Below, piece by piece: positions 7,825 through 17,900 of a stretch of DNA of 64,000 nt (its first letter is position 1; each line of letters starts with the position of its first letter). Position numbers and translations under genes: made by a program. The notes beneath the pieces are model-generated. The model had not been told where the DNA came from. It was given only the letters and a program-made list of their open reading frames with translations, and did not search any database. The stretch is from the IMG/VR virus record IMGVR_UViG_3300042350_004191, positions 62,001 through 126,000 of that record; one strand, 5' to 3'.

Positions 7825-9261
7825 ATGAATTCAATCAAACCCTCAACAGGCTTCATTGACAAAGGCCGTGCTAGTACACTCTTGGAGAAATGGGCCCCGG
7901 TTCTGAACTACAGTTCAGATCGTGTTAAGCCAATCGAAGACGATCACAGTCGTCTCGCTACGGCTATCCTCATGGAAAACCAAGAACGCTGGTGCTTAGA
8001 AGAAGCTGGAAATTCCGCTGGTGTATCCGGTGGTGTTTACGGTGGTTCTGCTCCCGGTCAAACAGGTCTTTCAAACAGTGATAGTTACGCTTCAGGTGAT
8101 GCTCGCTTACCAAAGGTTTTAATCCCAATGGTTCGTCGTACATTCCCAGAGCTTATCACCAATGAAATTGTCGGTGTTCAGCCTATGGCTGGTCCAGTTG
8201 GTTTGGCATTCGCTATGCGCTACAAGTATGATACCGCAAGTCTCGGTGGTGCTGGAGTCGATGGTTATTCCAACGGCCCTCTCACTGTCGGTAATGATGG
8301 TGTTCCTCGTCAAAATGACGGTGCTGAACTCGGTTATCAAAGACTTGACACTCGCTTCACTGGTACAAGTGCTACATTCTTAAGCGGAAGCAACGATTTC
8401 AAATACGTTGCCGAAGATAAGGGTGTTGCTCAATTACTCAGTCAGTTTGAGTTAACTGGAAACATTCCTCAAGTTACACTTGAGTTCGCAAAGACTGCTG
8501 TTGAAGCTAAAACTCGTCGTTTAGCTGCTCGCTGGTCTGTTGAACTTGAGCAAGACATGAAGAACATGAACGGCCTCGATGTCGATTCTGAATTAACAAA
8601 CGCCATGAGCTATGAAATTCAGGCCGAAATTGACCGTGAAATGATCATGAGAATGGTCCAGATTGCTCTCAATGCGGGTGCTCCTAATGGATATAGTTTC
8701 TGGTACGCTGCTTCAGCCGATGCCCGTTGGCTCGGTGAACGCAATCGTGACTTCTACAGCAAGATTATTATCGAAGCCAACCGCATCGCTATTCGTAACC
8801 GCCGTGGTTCTGCCAACTTCATTGTTGCCACACCTCGCGTTTGCACAATCTTGGAGATGTTACCTGAGTTCCAGTGGATGCCCGTAAACGGCAACGTCAA
8901 CACCCAACCTACAGGCATTGCCAAGGTTGGTACTGTTGGTGGTCGTTTCACCATCTACCGTGACACACGTACAGAAGCTCAATTATTAGGTGGTGTTAGA
9001 AGCGCAAGCGATGCTATTGAGTACGCTTTATTAGGCTATAAGGGTCCTGAATATTATGATACTGGTATTGTATACTGTCCTTACATCCCTGTTATGATTC
9101 AGCGCACAATCGGTCCTAACGACTTCGCTCCTCGCGTTGGTCTTATGACTCGTTATGGTGTTGTTGATCATATCTTCGGTGCAAGCTTGTACTACCATGT
9201 CATTATCGTCAAGGGTCTTGGCACTGATAATGTTAACTCCGCTGGTCGCCTCTATCTGTAA
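7825..9261 (+). CDS. gp23: Major capsid protein, T4 gp23-like
   Basis: LLEKWAPVL, LMENQE, VGVQPMAGPVGLAFAMR, VEAKTRRL.ARWS.ELEQD, EIQAEIDRE, YCPYIP, FAPRVGLMTRYG. Confidence 0.97.
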   Translation: MNSIKPSTGFIDKGRASTLLEKWAPVLNYSSDRVKPIEDDHSRLATAILMENQERWCLEEAGNSAGVSGGVYGGSAPGQTGLSNSDSYASGDARLPKVLIPMVRRTFPELITNEIVGVQPMAGPVGLAFAMRYKYDTASLGGAGVDGYSNGPLTVGNDGVPRQNDGAELGYQRLDTRFTGTSATFLSGSNDFKYVAEDKGVAQLLSQFELTGNIPQVTLEFAKTAVEAKTRRLAARWSVELEQDMKNMNGLDVDSELTNAMSYEIQAEIDREMIMRMVQIALNAGAPNGYSFWYAASADARWLGERNRDFYSKIIIEANRIAIRNRRGSANFIVATPRVCTILEMLPEFQWMPVNGNVNTQPTGIAKVGTVGGRFTIYRDTRTEAQLLGGVRSASDAIEYALLGYKGPEYYDTGIVYCPYIPVMIQRTIGPNDFAPRVGLMTRYGVVDHIFGASLYYHVIIVKGLGTDNVNSAGRLYL

Positions 9262-9273
9262 TTTGATAGACTC

Positions 9274-9310
9274 AAAAAAACCCTGTAGGAGAAATCCTAC
9301 AGGGTTTTTT
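9274..9310. terminator. Rho-independent terminator, probably bidirectional
   Basis: A7-CCCTGTAGGA-GAAA-TCCTACAGGG-T6: 10-bp stem with a GNRA loop directly after gp23. Confidence 0.92.
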
Positions 9311-9318
9311 ATTATACC

Positions 9319-9346
9319 TTGACTTTCATAGTATTAGTGAGATAAT
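9319..9346 (+). promoter_or_regulatory. sigma70-like promoter
   Basis: TTGACT-16 nt-GATAAT with TG upstream of the -10; 10 nt before the ATG at 9357. Confidence 0.5.
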
Positions 9347-9356
9347 TAAACATCAG

Positions 9357-9590
9357 ATGAAAAAGAAAAATTACTCTAAAATCAACAATCCTAAAGGTCC
9401 TTATAAAATGGATATTGAGTATTGGGGTATGGATATAAATGTAGTAATAGATAATGATGGTCCGTTTGACTTTAAGGTTAAAATTAAATCTAAAACAAAA
9501 TTAACCCAAGACTTTATTGATCATTTGAAAGAATATCTTGAAGCCGAAGGGTTTTATGAATCTGCACAAAGACACAATTTACACTGGTAG
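9357..9590 (+). CDS. Hypothetical protein
   Basis: 77-aa ORF with its own promoter candidate, filling the intergenic space. Confidence 0.6.
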   Translation: MKKKNYSKINNPKGPYKMDIEYWGMDINVVIDNDGPFDFKVKIKSKTKLTQDFIDHLKEYLEAEGFYESAQRHNLHW

Positions 9591-9606
9591 ATGATAAGTA
9601 TAAAAT

Positions 9607-10527
9607 ATGAGTTTGTTCAAAGATTTTTATACCAAAGTTATTCAAGAAGCTAGACAATCAACGGTTCCTTCAGTAGCAGAAGACCAGCCTTCTTATAGAA
9701 GAAGTAAGATAGAAGATGAAAAAGCAATTAAAGAAGCTTTAAAAAAATTAAATCTTGAAGAATTCAAAAAATTAAAAAAAGATCCAGATAATATAGAATT
9801 AGCAAAAGACGTTTTTAATATTATAAAAGGATTGGACGAAGAAAGTTTAAATAAAACTAATCAAAGTAAGGGTGAATTGTTAGAAACATTATTAAACGTA
9901 ACCAGAACACCTTACCATGATAGTAAAAATATGGAAAGTAAAGATGGTAAAGGTGTTAATATATCAGGGTTTAGACAAGTAGCACAACAATTTTTTATTA
10001 ATAGTAACATGTCAATGAACGATCAGGTAAGATTATTTTCACAAGTATCTGATTGGCACAATCTTTACAAAAATATTCTCCAAGAAAAGGAAGGTAAAGA
10101 AACAAAAAAATTCAGAGAAAAATTTACTGAATACACCAAAAGAGACGTATCAGTAGACCCAAGAGATGTTAAAAAGGTAGAAAAATCTGAAGTGTATTAT
10201 TTTGATCGTGATCCCTCGGATCCTGATGCAAAGCCTTTTAGAACAACTATTATAATTCCACCAGATGAATCTTATTTATATGAGACTCTCGAAGAAAAAG
10301 AAAAGAATGTTCCAATTAAAAAATCATTTTGGAACGAACCAAGACCTAATAAGGCTTATGGTATAAAATTACCTCCTCCATGGCCTTTTGGTGTTTATAC
10401 ACCGAAACAATTAAGAAACAAAACTATAGAACAGATTCGGGATGCTGTTAATAGTTCTGATGCAGAGCTTGCACATAAAGCCATGTATCCACCAAACAAA
10501 CATCCTGAGATGTATACTATGAAATAG
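9607..10527 (+). CDS. Hypothetical protein, possible internal head protein
   Basis: Late motif GATAAGTA at 9593-9600; N-terminus MSLFKDFYTKVIQE-A resembles a T4 capsid-targeting propeptide. Confidence 0.55.
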   Translation: MSLFKDFYTKVIQEARQSTVPSVAEDQPSYRRSKIEDEKAIKEALKKLNLEEFKKLKKDPDNIELAKDVFNIIKGLDEESLNKTNQSKGELLETLLNVTRTPYHDSKNMESKDGKGVNISGFRQVAQQFFINSNMSMNDQVRLFSQVSDWHNLYKNILQEKEGKETKKFREKFTEYTKRDVSVDPRDVKKVEKSEVYYFDRDPSDPDAKPFRTTIIIPPDESYLYETLEEKEKNVPIKKSFWNEPRPNKAYGIKLPPPWPFGVYTPKQLRNKTIEQIRDAVNSSDAELAHKAMYPPNKHPEMYTMK

Positions 10528-10531
10528 TATA

Positions 10532-11017
10532 TTAATCTTCTTCTACAATCGTAGCTTCGATCAATTCAATTTTTTCAGGCTTTTGGGGTTTATCAAAAAG
10601 CTTTTTCATTACATCTTCTCTTGTAGCTATAGCCACAACATTTGTTGTGTTGTTTTGAAGTTTTTTAATACCATCATTTTCAAGCTTCGCCACTTCGATA
10701 TTGTTTTTATGTTGTTTGATCTGAAGATTGATTTTGTTTAAGCCATCGATGGCCTTTGTTGTTGCTCCTATGAGTTGAGCTAATGCAGAGATTTCTTTTG
10801 GATCTTGGCCTGTCATTACAGAGTCTTTTAATGTATTGATTGCCTCTAAACCAGACTGTATCACTTCTGCTGTTTTATTATAAACGAATTCATTTACATT
10901 ATCATCATTTAAAGAGTTTGAATCGGTTTCTGTTTTTTTATTTGTTCGACTGCTATTATCAACCGCATCAGCAGTTAATTGATCGATAATCGCATCGATT
11001 TCACTGGAATTGTCCAT
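10532..11017 (-). CDS. Probable terminase small subunit, T4 gp16-like
   Basis: Helical pattern IQSGLEAI..L...DPKEISALAQLI...L...NNTTNVVAIATREDVMKKL resembles gp16 (PR.YEV...LI...N.TN..F.GST.EL). Confidence 0.55.
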   Translation of the reverse strand: MDNSSEIDAIIDQLTADAVDNSSRTNKKTETDSNSLNDDNVNEFVYNKTAEVIQSGLEAINTLKDSVMTGQDPKEISALAQLIGATTKAIDGLNKINLQIKQHKNNIEVAKLENDGIKKLQNNTTNVVAIATREDVMKKLFDKPQKPEKIELIEATIVEED

Positions 11018-11079
11018 ATTGGGAGTTTACTATACTTATTCCTGTAAAGCAATTTTTCTCTTATAAAGGAGAAATTTAG

Positions 11080-11108
11080 TAGACATCTAATAAGATCTGG
11101 TATATTAT
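11080..11108 (+). promoter_or_regulatory. sigma70-like promoter
   Basis: TAGACA-17 nt-TATTAT, 8 nt before the gp44 ATG. Confidence 0.5.
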
Positions 11109-11116
11109 TAATAAAG

Positions 11117-12061
11117 ATGAATGTATCACATTATGATGATCTTTGGGTAGAAAAGTATAGACCATCGAACCTTCAAGAAATTCTTTTATCAGAAGAAATA
11201 AAAACTTACTTTGAATCTATTACAGAAGATATTCCAAACATTTTGTTTCATGGTAATGCAGGGACAGGTAAAACTACTTTAGCAAAAGTTTTGGTCAAAG
11301 ACATCTTAAAATGTCAGTATTTGTATATTAATGCAAGTGACGAAAATGGTATTGATACTATAAGAAACAAAGTAACTTCTTTTGCACAGGTTCGTTCTTT
11401 TGATGGACAAAAGAAGGTGATTATTTTAGATGAGTTTTGTGGTATGACTGTGGATGCACAGCGGATTCTGCGAAACGTGATGGAAGAGTATCATGATACT
11501 ACTAGGTTTATTCTCACAGCAAACTATCTAAGTAAAATAATAGAACCAATTAAATCTAGGTGTATTCTTGTAGAATTAAAAACTAAGTTTGAAGATATTC
11601 TAAAGAGATGTATTTCTATTTTAATTAAAGAAAAGATAGAAATTACTGATGAAGAAAAGAAAAAAATTAATGCATTTGTTTCTAGTCGTTATCCAGACAT
11701 AAGAAGGATTATAAACGATTTGCAAAGATTCTCGATAAGCGGAACGTTGCGTATTTTAGAAACAGATAAAGTATTTGATTTTTCCAGAACCCTCTATGAA
11801 AAACTTTTGAATAGTGTGTCTGTGACGGACATTAGAAGATATGTAATAGAATCTGAAACGCAATTTAATAACAATTATCAGTCTTTATTAAAGTCTTTAT
11901 TTGAAATCTTTTATGAGTCAAACTTGTCTGACAACATTAAAAAACTAAGCTTATTGGATATTGGGGAACATATGTACAAAGATAATTTTGTACTAGACCA
12001 TGAAATTAATTTTTATTGTTGTTTGTTTTCTTTGGAAAACACATTAAAAATTAAGACTTAA
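11117..12061 (+). CDS. gp44: Sliding-clamp loader ATPase subunit, T4 gp44/RFC-like
   Basis: WVEKYRP, Walker A GNAGTGKTT, INASDENGID.IR, Walker B IILDE, SRC motif, PDIRRIIN.LQ. Confidence 0.93.
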   Translation: MNVSHYDDLWVEKYRPSNLQEILLSEEIKTYFESITEDIPNILFHGNAGTGKTTLAKVLVKDILKCQYLYINASDENGIDTIRNKVTSFAQVRSFDGQKKVIILDEFCGMTVDAQRILRNVMEEYHDTTRFILTANYLSKIIEPIKSRCILVELKTKFEDILKRCISILIKEKIEITDEEKKKINAFVSSRYPDIRRIINDLQRFSISGTLRILETDKVFDFSRTLYEKLLNSVSVTDIRRYVIESETQFNNNYQSLLKSLFEIFYESNLSDNIKKLSLLDIGEHMYKDNFVLDHEINFYCCLFSLENTLKIKT

Positions 12062-12581
12062 TTTTAGTATTTTTCTTTGGTAAAGAATTGTCCTTTGGTT
12101 GCTGATTAGCTATATTGATTGGTTTAGCTTCAACTGCTCTATAATCAGTCAATGGTTTTTCGTATTTGTTAGGTACGCCTTGAACAGGGGGTAAATTAGG
12201 ACCAAAATCTAAAACTTCTATGTATTTGAAGTCTGCTGGTACATTAAATTCATTAAATTCTGTTGGGAAAGATAATGACCTAGGATCGGTCTTTACTGTT
12301 AAAGTGAGACTTAATGAGCCAGCATAGTCTGTAACGTTATAAGAATCGCCTGTGGTGTCATTAGCATCGATTTTATGAATAAAGAAGAAAATACCCTGTT
12401 TAACAAGATTTTTTAACCATTCAGTAAATACAGCATCGCCACTATATCTAGCCTTAAAATATGGGCTAGAAAAATAAGATTCTTTTATTTTTATAGGAGT
12501 ATTTTCTCTGAAAGCACCGCCATTAGCGTATTTTGCAAAAGCTCTTTCGTAGATAACATTAAATGAATTAAATTTAGTCAT
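12051..12581 (-). CDS. Hypothetical late protein
   Basis: 176-aa ORF; minus-strand GATAAATA at 12604-12611. Confidence 0.6.
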   Translation of the reverse strand: MTKFNSFNVIYERAFAKYANGGAFRENTPIKIKESYFSSPYFKARYSGDAVFTEWLKNLVKQGIFFFIHKIDANDTTGDSYNVTDYAGSLSLTLTVKTDPRSLSFPTEFNEFNVPADFKYIEVLDFGPNLPPVQGVPNKYEKPLTDYRAVEAKPINIANQQPKDNSLPKKNTKIKS

Positions 12582-12616
12582 AGGTGTATTTTTTATATAA
12601 GTATATTTATCCTGAT

Positions 12617-13117
12617 ATGGCTACAGTTCGACTAGATAATTTAATAAAACCTAAACAGGTTAATACTCAGCAAACTAAAATATCTGAAGAAACTTATGAT
12701 GGTATTACTTATACCGACCTACATTTAGACTTAACGATGGCTGTTGCCATAGGAACAGAAACGAGAAGAGGGTTCGCAAACGATATTAAAGTCGATTTTG
12801 ATGAACAAGCAATAAGAAATTCTGTATATAATTGTGTTTATACGAAACCTGGTGAAAAAGTATTAAATCCAGATTTTGGGATAAATTTAGATCAATTTTT
12901 ATTTGAACCAGCAACAAAGTCTAGAGGAGAATACATAGGCAGATATATATTATCTAAATTGTCTTCTTTGGAAAGACGAATAATTATTAATAAGATTAAA
13001 GTAACCGTCAATGAAGATATTAATACATACAATATTTTACTAATGTATGAAATTCCTTCATTAAAGAAAAATACTTCTATGGATATATTACTAGAATCTA
13101 AGTTTAACTCTAAATAA
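12617..13117 (+). CDS. gp25: Baseplate wedge protein, T4 gp25-like
   Basis: YTDLHLD...DEQAIRNSV.N...T.PGEK.LNP.FG.NL..FLFEP...ERRI. Start moved to ATG 12617, downstream of TATAAGTA at 12596-12603. Confidence 0.85.
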   Translation: MATVRLDNLIKPKQVNTQQTKISEETYDGITYTDLHLDLTMAVAIGTETRRGFANDIKVDFDEQAIRNSVYNCVYTKPGEKVLNPDFGINLDQFLFEPATKSRGEYIGRYILSKLSSLERRIIINKIKVTVNEDINTYNILLMYEIPSLKKNTSMDILLESKFNSK

Positions 13118-13126
13118 TACTAATAT

Positions 13127-14935
13127 ATGACCGAATTATATCTAGAAAAAAATTCTTACTTAAACTTTGATGCATTAAGTTTAAAGTCTTTGATTGTTGA
13201 TCGTTTAAATAAAGGTAAAGTTTTTACAGATCAAAATTATCAAGGCTCTAATTTATCTGCTATCATAGATGTTGTCAGTTTAGTTTTTGGTAATTTATTA
13301 TTTTACTTAAATAAAACTTCATCAGAGAGCATGTTTACTGAAGCACAGCTTTATGAAAACATGAATAGAATTGTAAAATTATTGAGTTATAAACCTGTCG
13401 GAAAAACCGCAGCAGTCCTACCAATAAGACTAACAGCAAAATCAGATTTAAGTCAAAACAATTATACTATTCCTAGATATAGCTATATAAACGCAAACGG
13501 AACTTATTTTTCTTTTCCTGATGATGTATCATTTTCAAAACTAACAAATGGAAACGAAAATATAAATGCATTAAATGATAAAATATTATTAAAGCAAGGA
13601 TTATACCAACAGTTTCCTATATACACTGCAATAGGTTCTGATAATGAGGTAATGTATCTGACATTAGACCAAAAAACTGAAGTAGATCATTATAGTATAG
13701 ATGTTTATGTTAAAGAAAGAAATTCTAATAAATGGGTAAAATACACTCCCGTAAACGAACTTTTTTTACATACTGCTGAAGATACTGTATACGAAGTTCG
13801 TTTCAATGAAAATAAACGATATGAAATAACTTTTGGAAATAGTATTAATGGTAAAAAATTAAATAACGGAGATGAGGTTTTAGTTTATTACCTAGCCATA
13901 GATTCTGATGGCTCGACTATCGGTGCTGGTGCAATAACACAAGCTTTTATAGTCAAGTTTAATTCACCACAATTTTCACAGGTTATTGATGACACAAATA
14001 CTTTAAACGCAAATTATTTAACAATAAACCAAGCAAGAAACGTCTTAATATCTAATGCATTCCCTTCTACAGAAAAACAAAACGAAGAAACTGTCGATCA
14101 GATTCGTTTAAATGCTCCACAAGCATTTAGATCACAATATCGTTTGGCTACAAAAGAAGATTTTGAGTCTTTTATAAGAACAAGACATTCGAATATTATT
14201 CAAGATGTTAAAATAATGAATAATAACGAATACTTGATGAAATATATGAAATATCTTTATGATATTGGTTTAAAAGATCCTCATAAGGAAACAAACTTAT
14301 TATTCAATCAGGTTAAATTTTCAAATGCTTGTAATTTTAATAACATATACTTTTGTGGAATACCTAAAACAGCAGCAATAAATCAAGCATTTTTAAATCC
14401 TCCTCAAAAAGAGATAATAATAAACAGTTTAGAAAAATGGAAAATTATAACAACCGAAGTTGTGCCATTAGACCCTGTTTATATGATATATGATTTTTAT
14501 GTACCACCAAGCGCAGGTACTCAGATTACATTAAATGATTTAGTGCCAACATTTTTAAGAGTTCATAAATCTCGAAACTCAACAATGTCTGATTCACAAA
14601 TCGTTCTTCAAATAAAAGATATTTTTAATACTGTATTTGGTCCAGAAAATACAAGGTTAGGTCAATATATAGATATTAATAAAATTACATCAACTATATT
14701 AGCAATGGACGATGTTGAAAAAATAGAAACTTATAATTCTCGTACTAGACTTTCTGTTGACGGCATTTCTTTACTTGGTTGGAATTACTATTATCCAGAT
14801 AATGATAAAAAAGTATATACACAAAACATAATGTTGGAAGATTTTAAATATCCAGTTTTTAACAACTTTGCAAATATACAATCCCAAATACAAATATACA
14901 AAGAAACAACTACACAAGATGCTACACAATTTTAA
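13127..14935 (+). CDS. gp6: Baseplate wedge protein, T4 gp6-like
   Basis: FTDQNYQGSNLS.IID, ESMF..AQ..EN...IVKLLSYKP, YEITFGN...GK, ETVDQIRLNAP..F.SQ.R..T..D; directly follows gp25. Confidence 0.9.
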   Translation: MTELYLEKNSYLNFDALSLKSLIVDRLNKGKVFTDQNYQGSNLSAIIDVVSLVFGNLLFYLNKTSSESMFTEAQLYENMNRIVKLLSYKPVGKTAAVLPIRLTAKSDLSQNNYTIPRYSYINANGTYFSFPDDVSFSKLTNGNENINALNDKILLKQGLYQQFPIYTAIGSDNEVMYLTLDQKTEVDHYSIDVYVKERNSNKWVKYTPVNELFLHTAEDTVYEVRFNENKRYEITFGNSINGKKLNNGDEVLVYYLAIDSDGSTIGAGAITQAFIVKFNSPQFSQVIDDTNTLNANYLTINQARNVLISNAFPSTEKQNEETVDQIRLNAPQAFRSQYRLATKEDFESFIRTRHSNIIQDVKIMNNNEYLMKYMKYLYDIGLKDPHKETNLLFNQVKFSNACNFNNIYFCGIPKTAAINQAFLNPPQKEIIINSLEKWKIITTEVVPLDPVYMIYDFYVPPSAGTQITLNDLVPTFLRVHKSRNSTMSDSQIVLQIKDIFNTVFGPENTRLGQYIDINKITSTILAMDDVEKIETYNSRTRLSVDGISLLGWNYYYPDNDKKVYTQNIMLEDFKYPVFNNFANIQSQIQIYKETTTQDATQF

Positions 14936-14940
14936 GATAT

Positions 14941-17900
14941 ATGATTATCCTAACATCAGACCATATTTTAAATACAGAGGGATATGTTAATACAACTGAT
15001 TTTACAGTAACTGTTGGCAATCTTCCAGCCAACACATTTATAAACTATATAGAATATATATGGGGAGATAATACAAAAAAAAGATATACACCAACAGGTG
15101 GTTCAATTTTATTTACAACACCCATAATAGAAGTTAAAAAATATAATGGAACTGGTGTTTTTAATTTAAAAGTTATAGTAAGCTATACTCGCAACAATAA
15201 AAGAGATACTTTAACAGCAAATTATAATATAAGAATAAAACCTATACCAAATGAAATATATCTTACAACTACAACCACAAGAAGTTCTGCTTCTAAACTT
15301 TATGCAAGAATTACAAGATTTAATTTCATCCCCAATCCTGAAATATTTGGACAAAATTTAGAAAATTTAAAATATGTTCAATGGGATTTAGGTAATGGTG
15401 TTTTATCAAACCGACCACGACTTATAGGAGCTACGTTCAATGAACCGGGTGTGTTTGTTGTGAGAATGTTAGCATATACAAAAGGAAACGACAAATATGT
15501 ATATGAAAGGACCTTTACAATTCAAGAATATTTAAATGATTCTATAAGATTTTCAAAAGTACCTCCTCCAACATATGCTGGACATTTAAATCGTTTTCCT
15601 TTTGAAATAGAGATTACATCACCAATAAACGAACCACATATTGTTGATTTGTATGCACAATTTTCACGGTCCTATCCCACTTTAGACAATCCAACAAAAT
15701 ATTCATTTTTAAGACCTGAATGGAGATTTTTAGATTTGAGATTGAATGTTATAAAAAGCGTTCAAACAGTAAACAATAGACCTATAAGAGTAAACGAATT
15801 TGGTGAAGAAGTTCCAGAAGGTGGTATAATTGCGGGATATAGAGGTACTGCACAGTTTTACTTTGTAGATGATTGGTTTAATCAAGATCAGGTTCTTACA
15901 AAAGAACAATATACTACTTTATGGGTTACTTTAAGAAGTAATAATATAAGAAATAATAAAACCACAGACAATATTGATGGATTACATCCCGGTCATGCAA
16001 ACAATACTGCACAAGCATGGTGTCCATATGTAACTCTTTGGAGAAAACCAGATACAATTAAATTTACAAGAAACGGTGCCAATCCTTTACCTGTTGTACA
16101 GTTTGTGGGATCAGACGTTCCTATAACATTTACCATAGGTTATAACAATCCTACTGTCCCAGATATTCACAACAGACAAGCAAGACTAACGTTAGCAGAT
16201 ACAATAGGTGGGTTTGCTCATTATGTACCACATTATGATACAAGCTTATTGTTGGATGTTAATACCAATTCATTTAATAATAATTTAAGTTCATTTTTAA
16301 AACCAAGACAACAACCTTATATTAGCTACAGAAATTCAGATAACTTGTTGTCTGGTGGTTATTATAAAACAACATATGAGAGATTGAATTCTACTACATT
16401 AACTATGTCTGCAAACATTGTTGTACCGGAACCAGACTTGAGAGCTAACAATTTCAATCCTCATATATGGTTACTGAATCCAAGTAATGCAGAAATAAAT
16501 GTGGCCCAATACATTTATACTACAAATAATATAATAAACAGTCCACAATATTTTAAAACAGATTCAATTACAAATTATAATGAATTGTTCAAAAAAGACA
16601 GAATGCCTATACCTACAGTTAGGAAAAATCCAAATATGGACACTGTATTTTTATATAAATTTACAAGTGAAAGAAAAATAAATCCACACATATCTAGTCC
16701 ATTAGATGAAAAATCTCATTTGAGCGGTTTACATACAGTAGCTGCATTAAATGCACCGACATATCATGCTTGGGTTAGTGATATAGAAAATAATAAAATT
16801 TACAGAGTAACTAGTGATGGTAGAATTTATTTAACTATAGATTTAAAAAATTTAAATTATAATTTTGGAACAGTTGAAAAGTTAATTCCATTAACAATGG
16901 TTGTTGATAAGGACTTAAATCTGTTTGTTGGGTTAGCAGGATCGAATCAAATTTTAAAATTTGATGATAGTGCTAATTTAAGAGCGGTTTTAAATTTAAA
17001 CAACGTAATCCCTATATCTTTAGATGTAGATAAAAATAACAACCTTTATATAAGTGGAATAAGAAAAAACCAAACTCAAGAAAGTATTTTATTAAAATAT
17101 AACAATTCTCTTTCAAATTTGCTTTTATCAAAAACATATTCAAATATTTTCTTAGGTAATATTTTAGTAAGCCCATTTGATACAATATTTGTAATAAATA
17201 ACGGTCATTTAGATAAAAACCTAAAAGAAGTTTATAGTATAAATTCTTTTATAGAAGAACTTAATATCAACAATTTTAATTTGATTAAAAATTATAGTTC
17301 TCAACCATTTATAAAATATATGACCTTAGATAGAGGTGGGTCTTTATATTACAATTTTTCCTTTAATAGTATATGTAAAATAAAAAGAGACGGAAGAAGC
17401 CAAGTTACTAGTTTATTGTCAGATAATTCTTCTGATAATGACAGTAGTAACAGAGTTATAGAAGGTTTGGGTTATAATATCAATGACAAGATCTACGTAA
17501 TTAATTCATTAGATAATAAAGTAACAATTTTAGATTTAAATTTAAATGTTGAGCGTTTCTTTTACATAAATCCATCAAAAATCGAATATGAACTCGACAC
17601 TTTTGGCCAAATAAAAGATCCTTTAGTCAGAATTAAATCTAAAAAAAGATCATTAAAAGCCAACGGAGATTTCACTGGTTGGTTATGGAATTATAAATTT
17701 GGAGTTAAAAATAACCGAGAAAGTTTTTCAATAACTAATAGATCTAATACTTTGTCCTTTAAACAACACAATCAGTTTAAATTTTTTGGAAAAAATGAAG
17801 TTTTTGATATTGGAAAATATATGTATGATTTTAGTTTTATGAAATCATTAAAGGAAAGTCCATTTCTTTATAATAATAAATTTTATGATACTGAAGTTCA

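Noticed and set aside
11051-11076. Imperfect inverted repeat containing AGGAG upstream of gp44
   Set aside because: The AGGAG is about 45 nt from the ATG, too far to be a Shine-Dalgarno, and the stem is weak; it is not supportable as a terminator or RBS.
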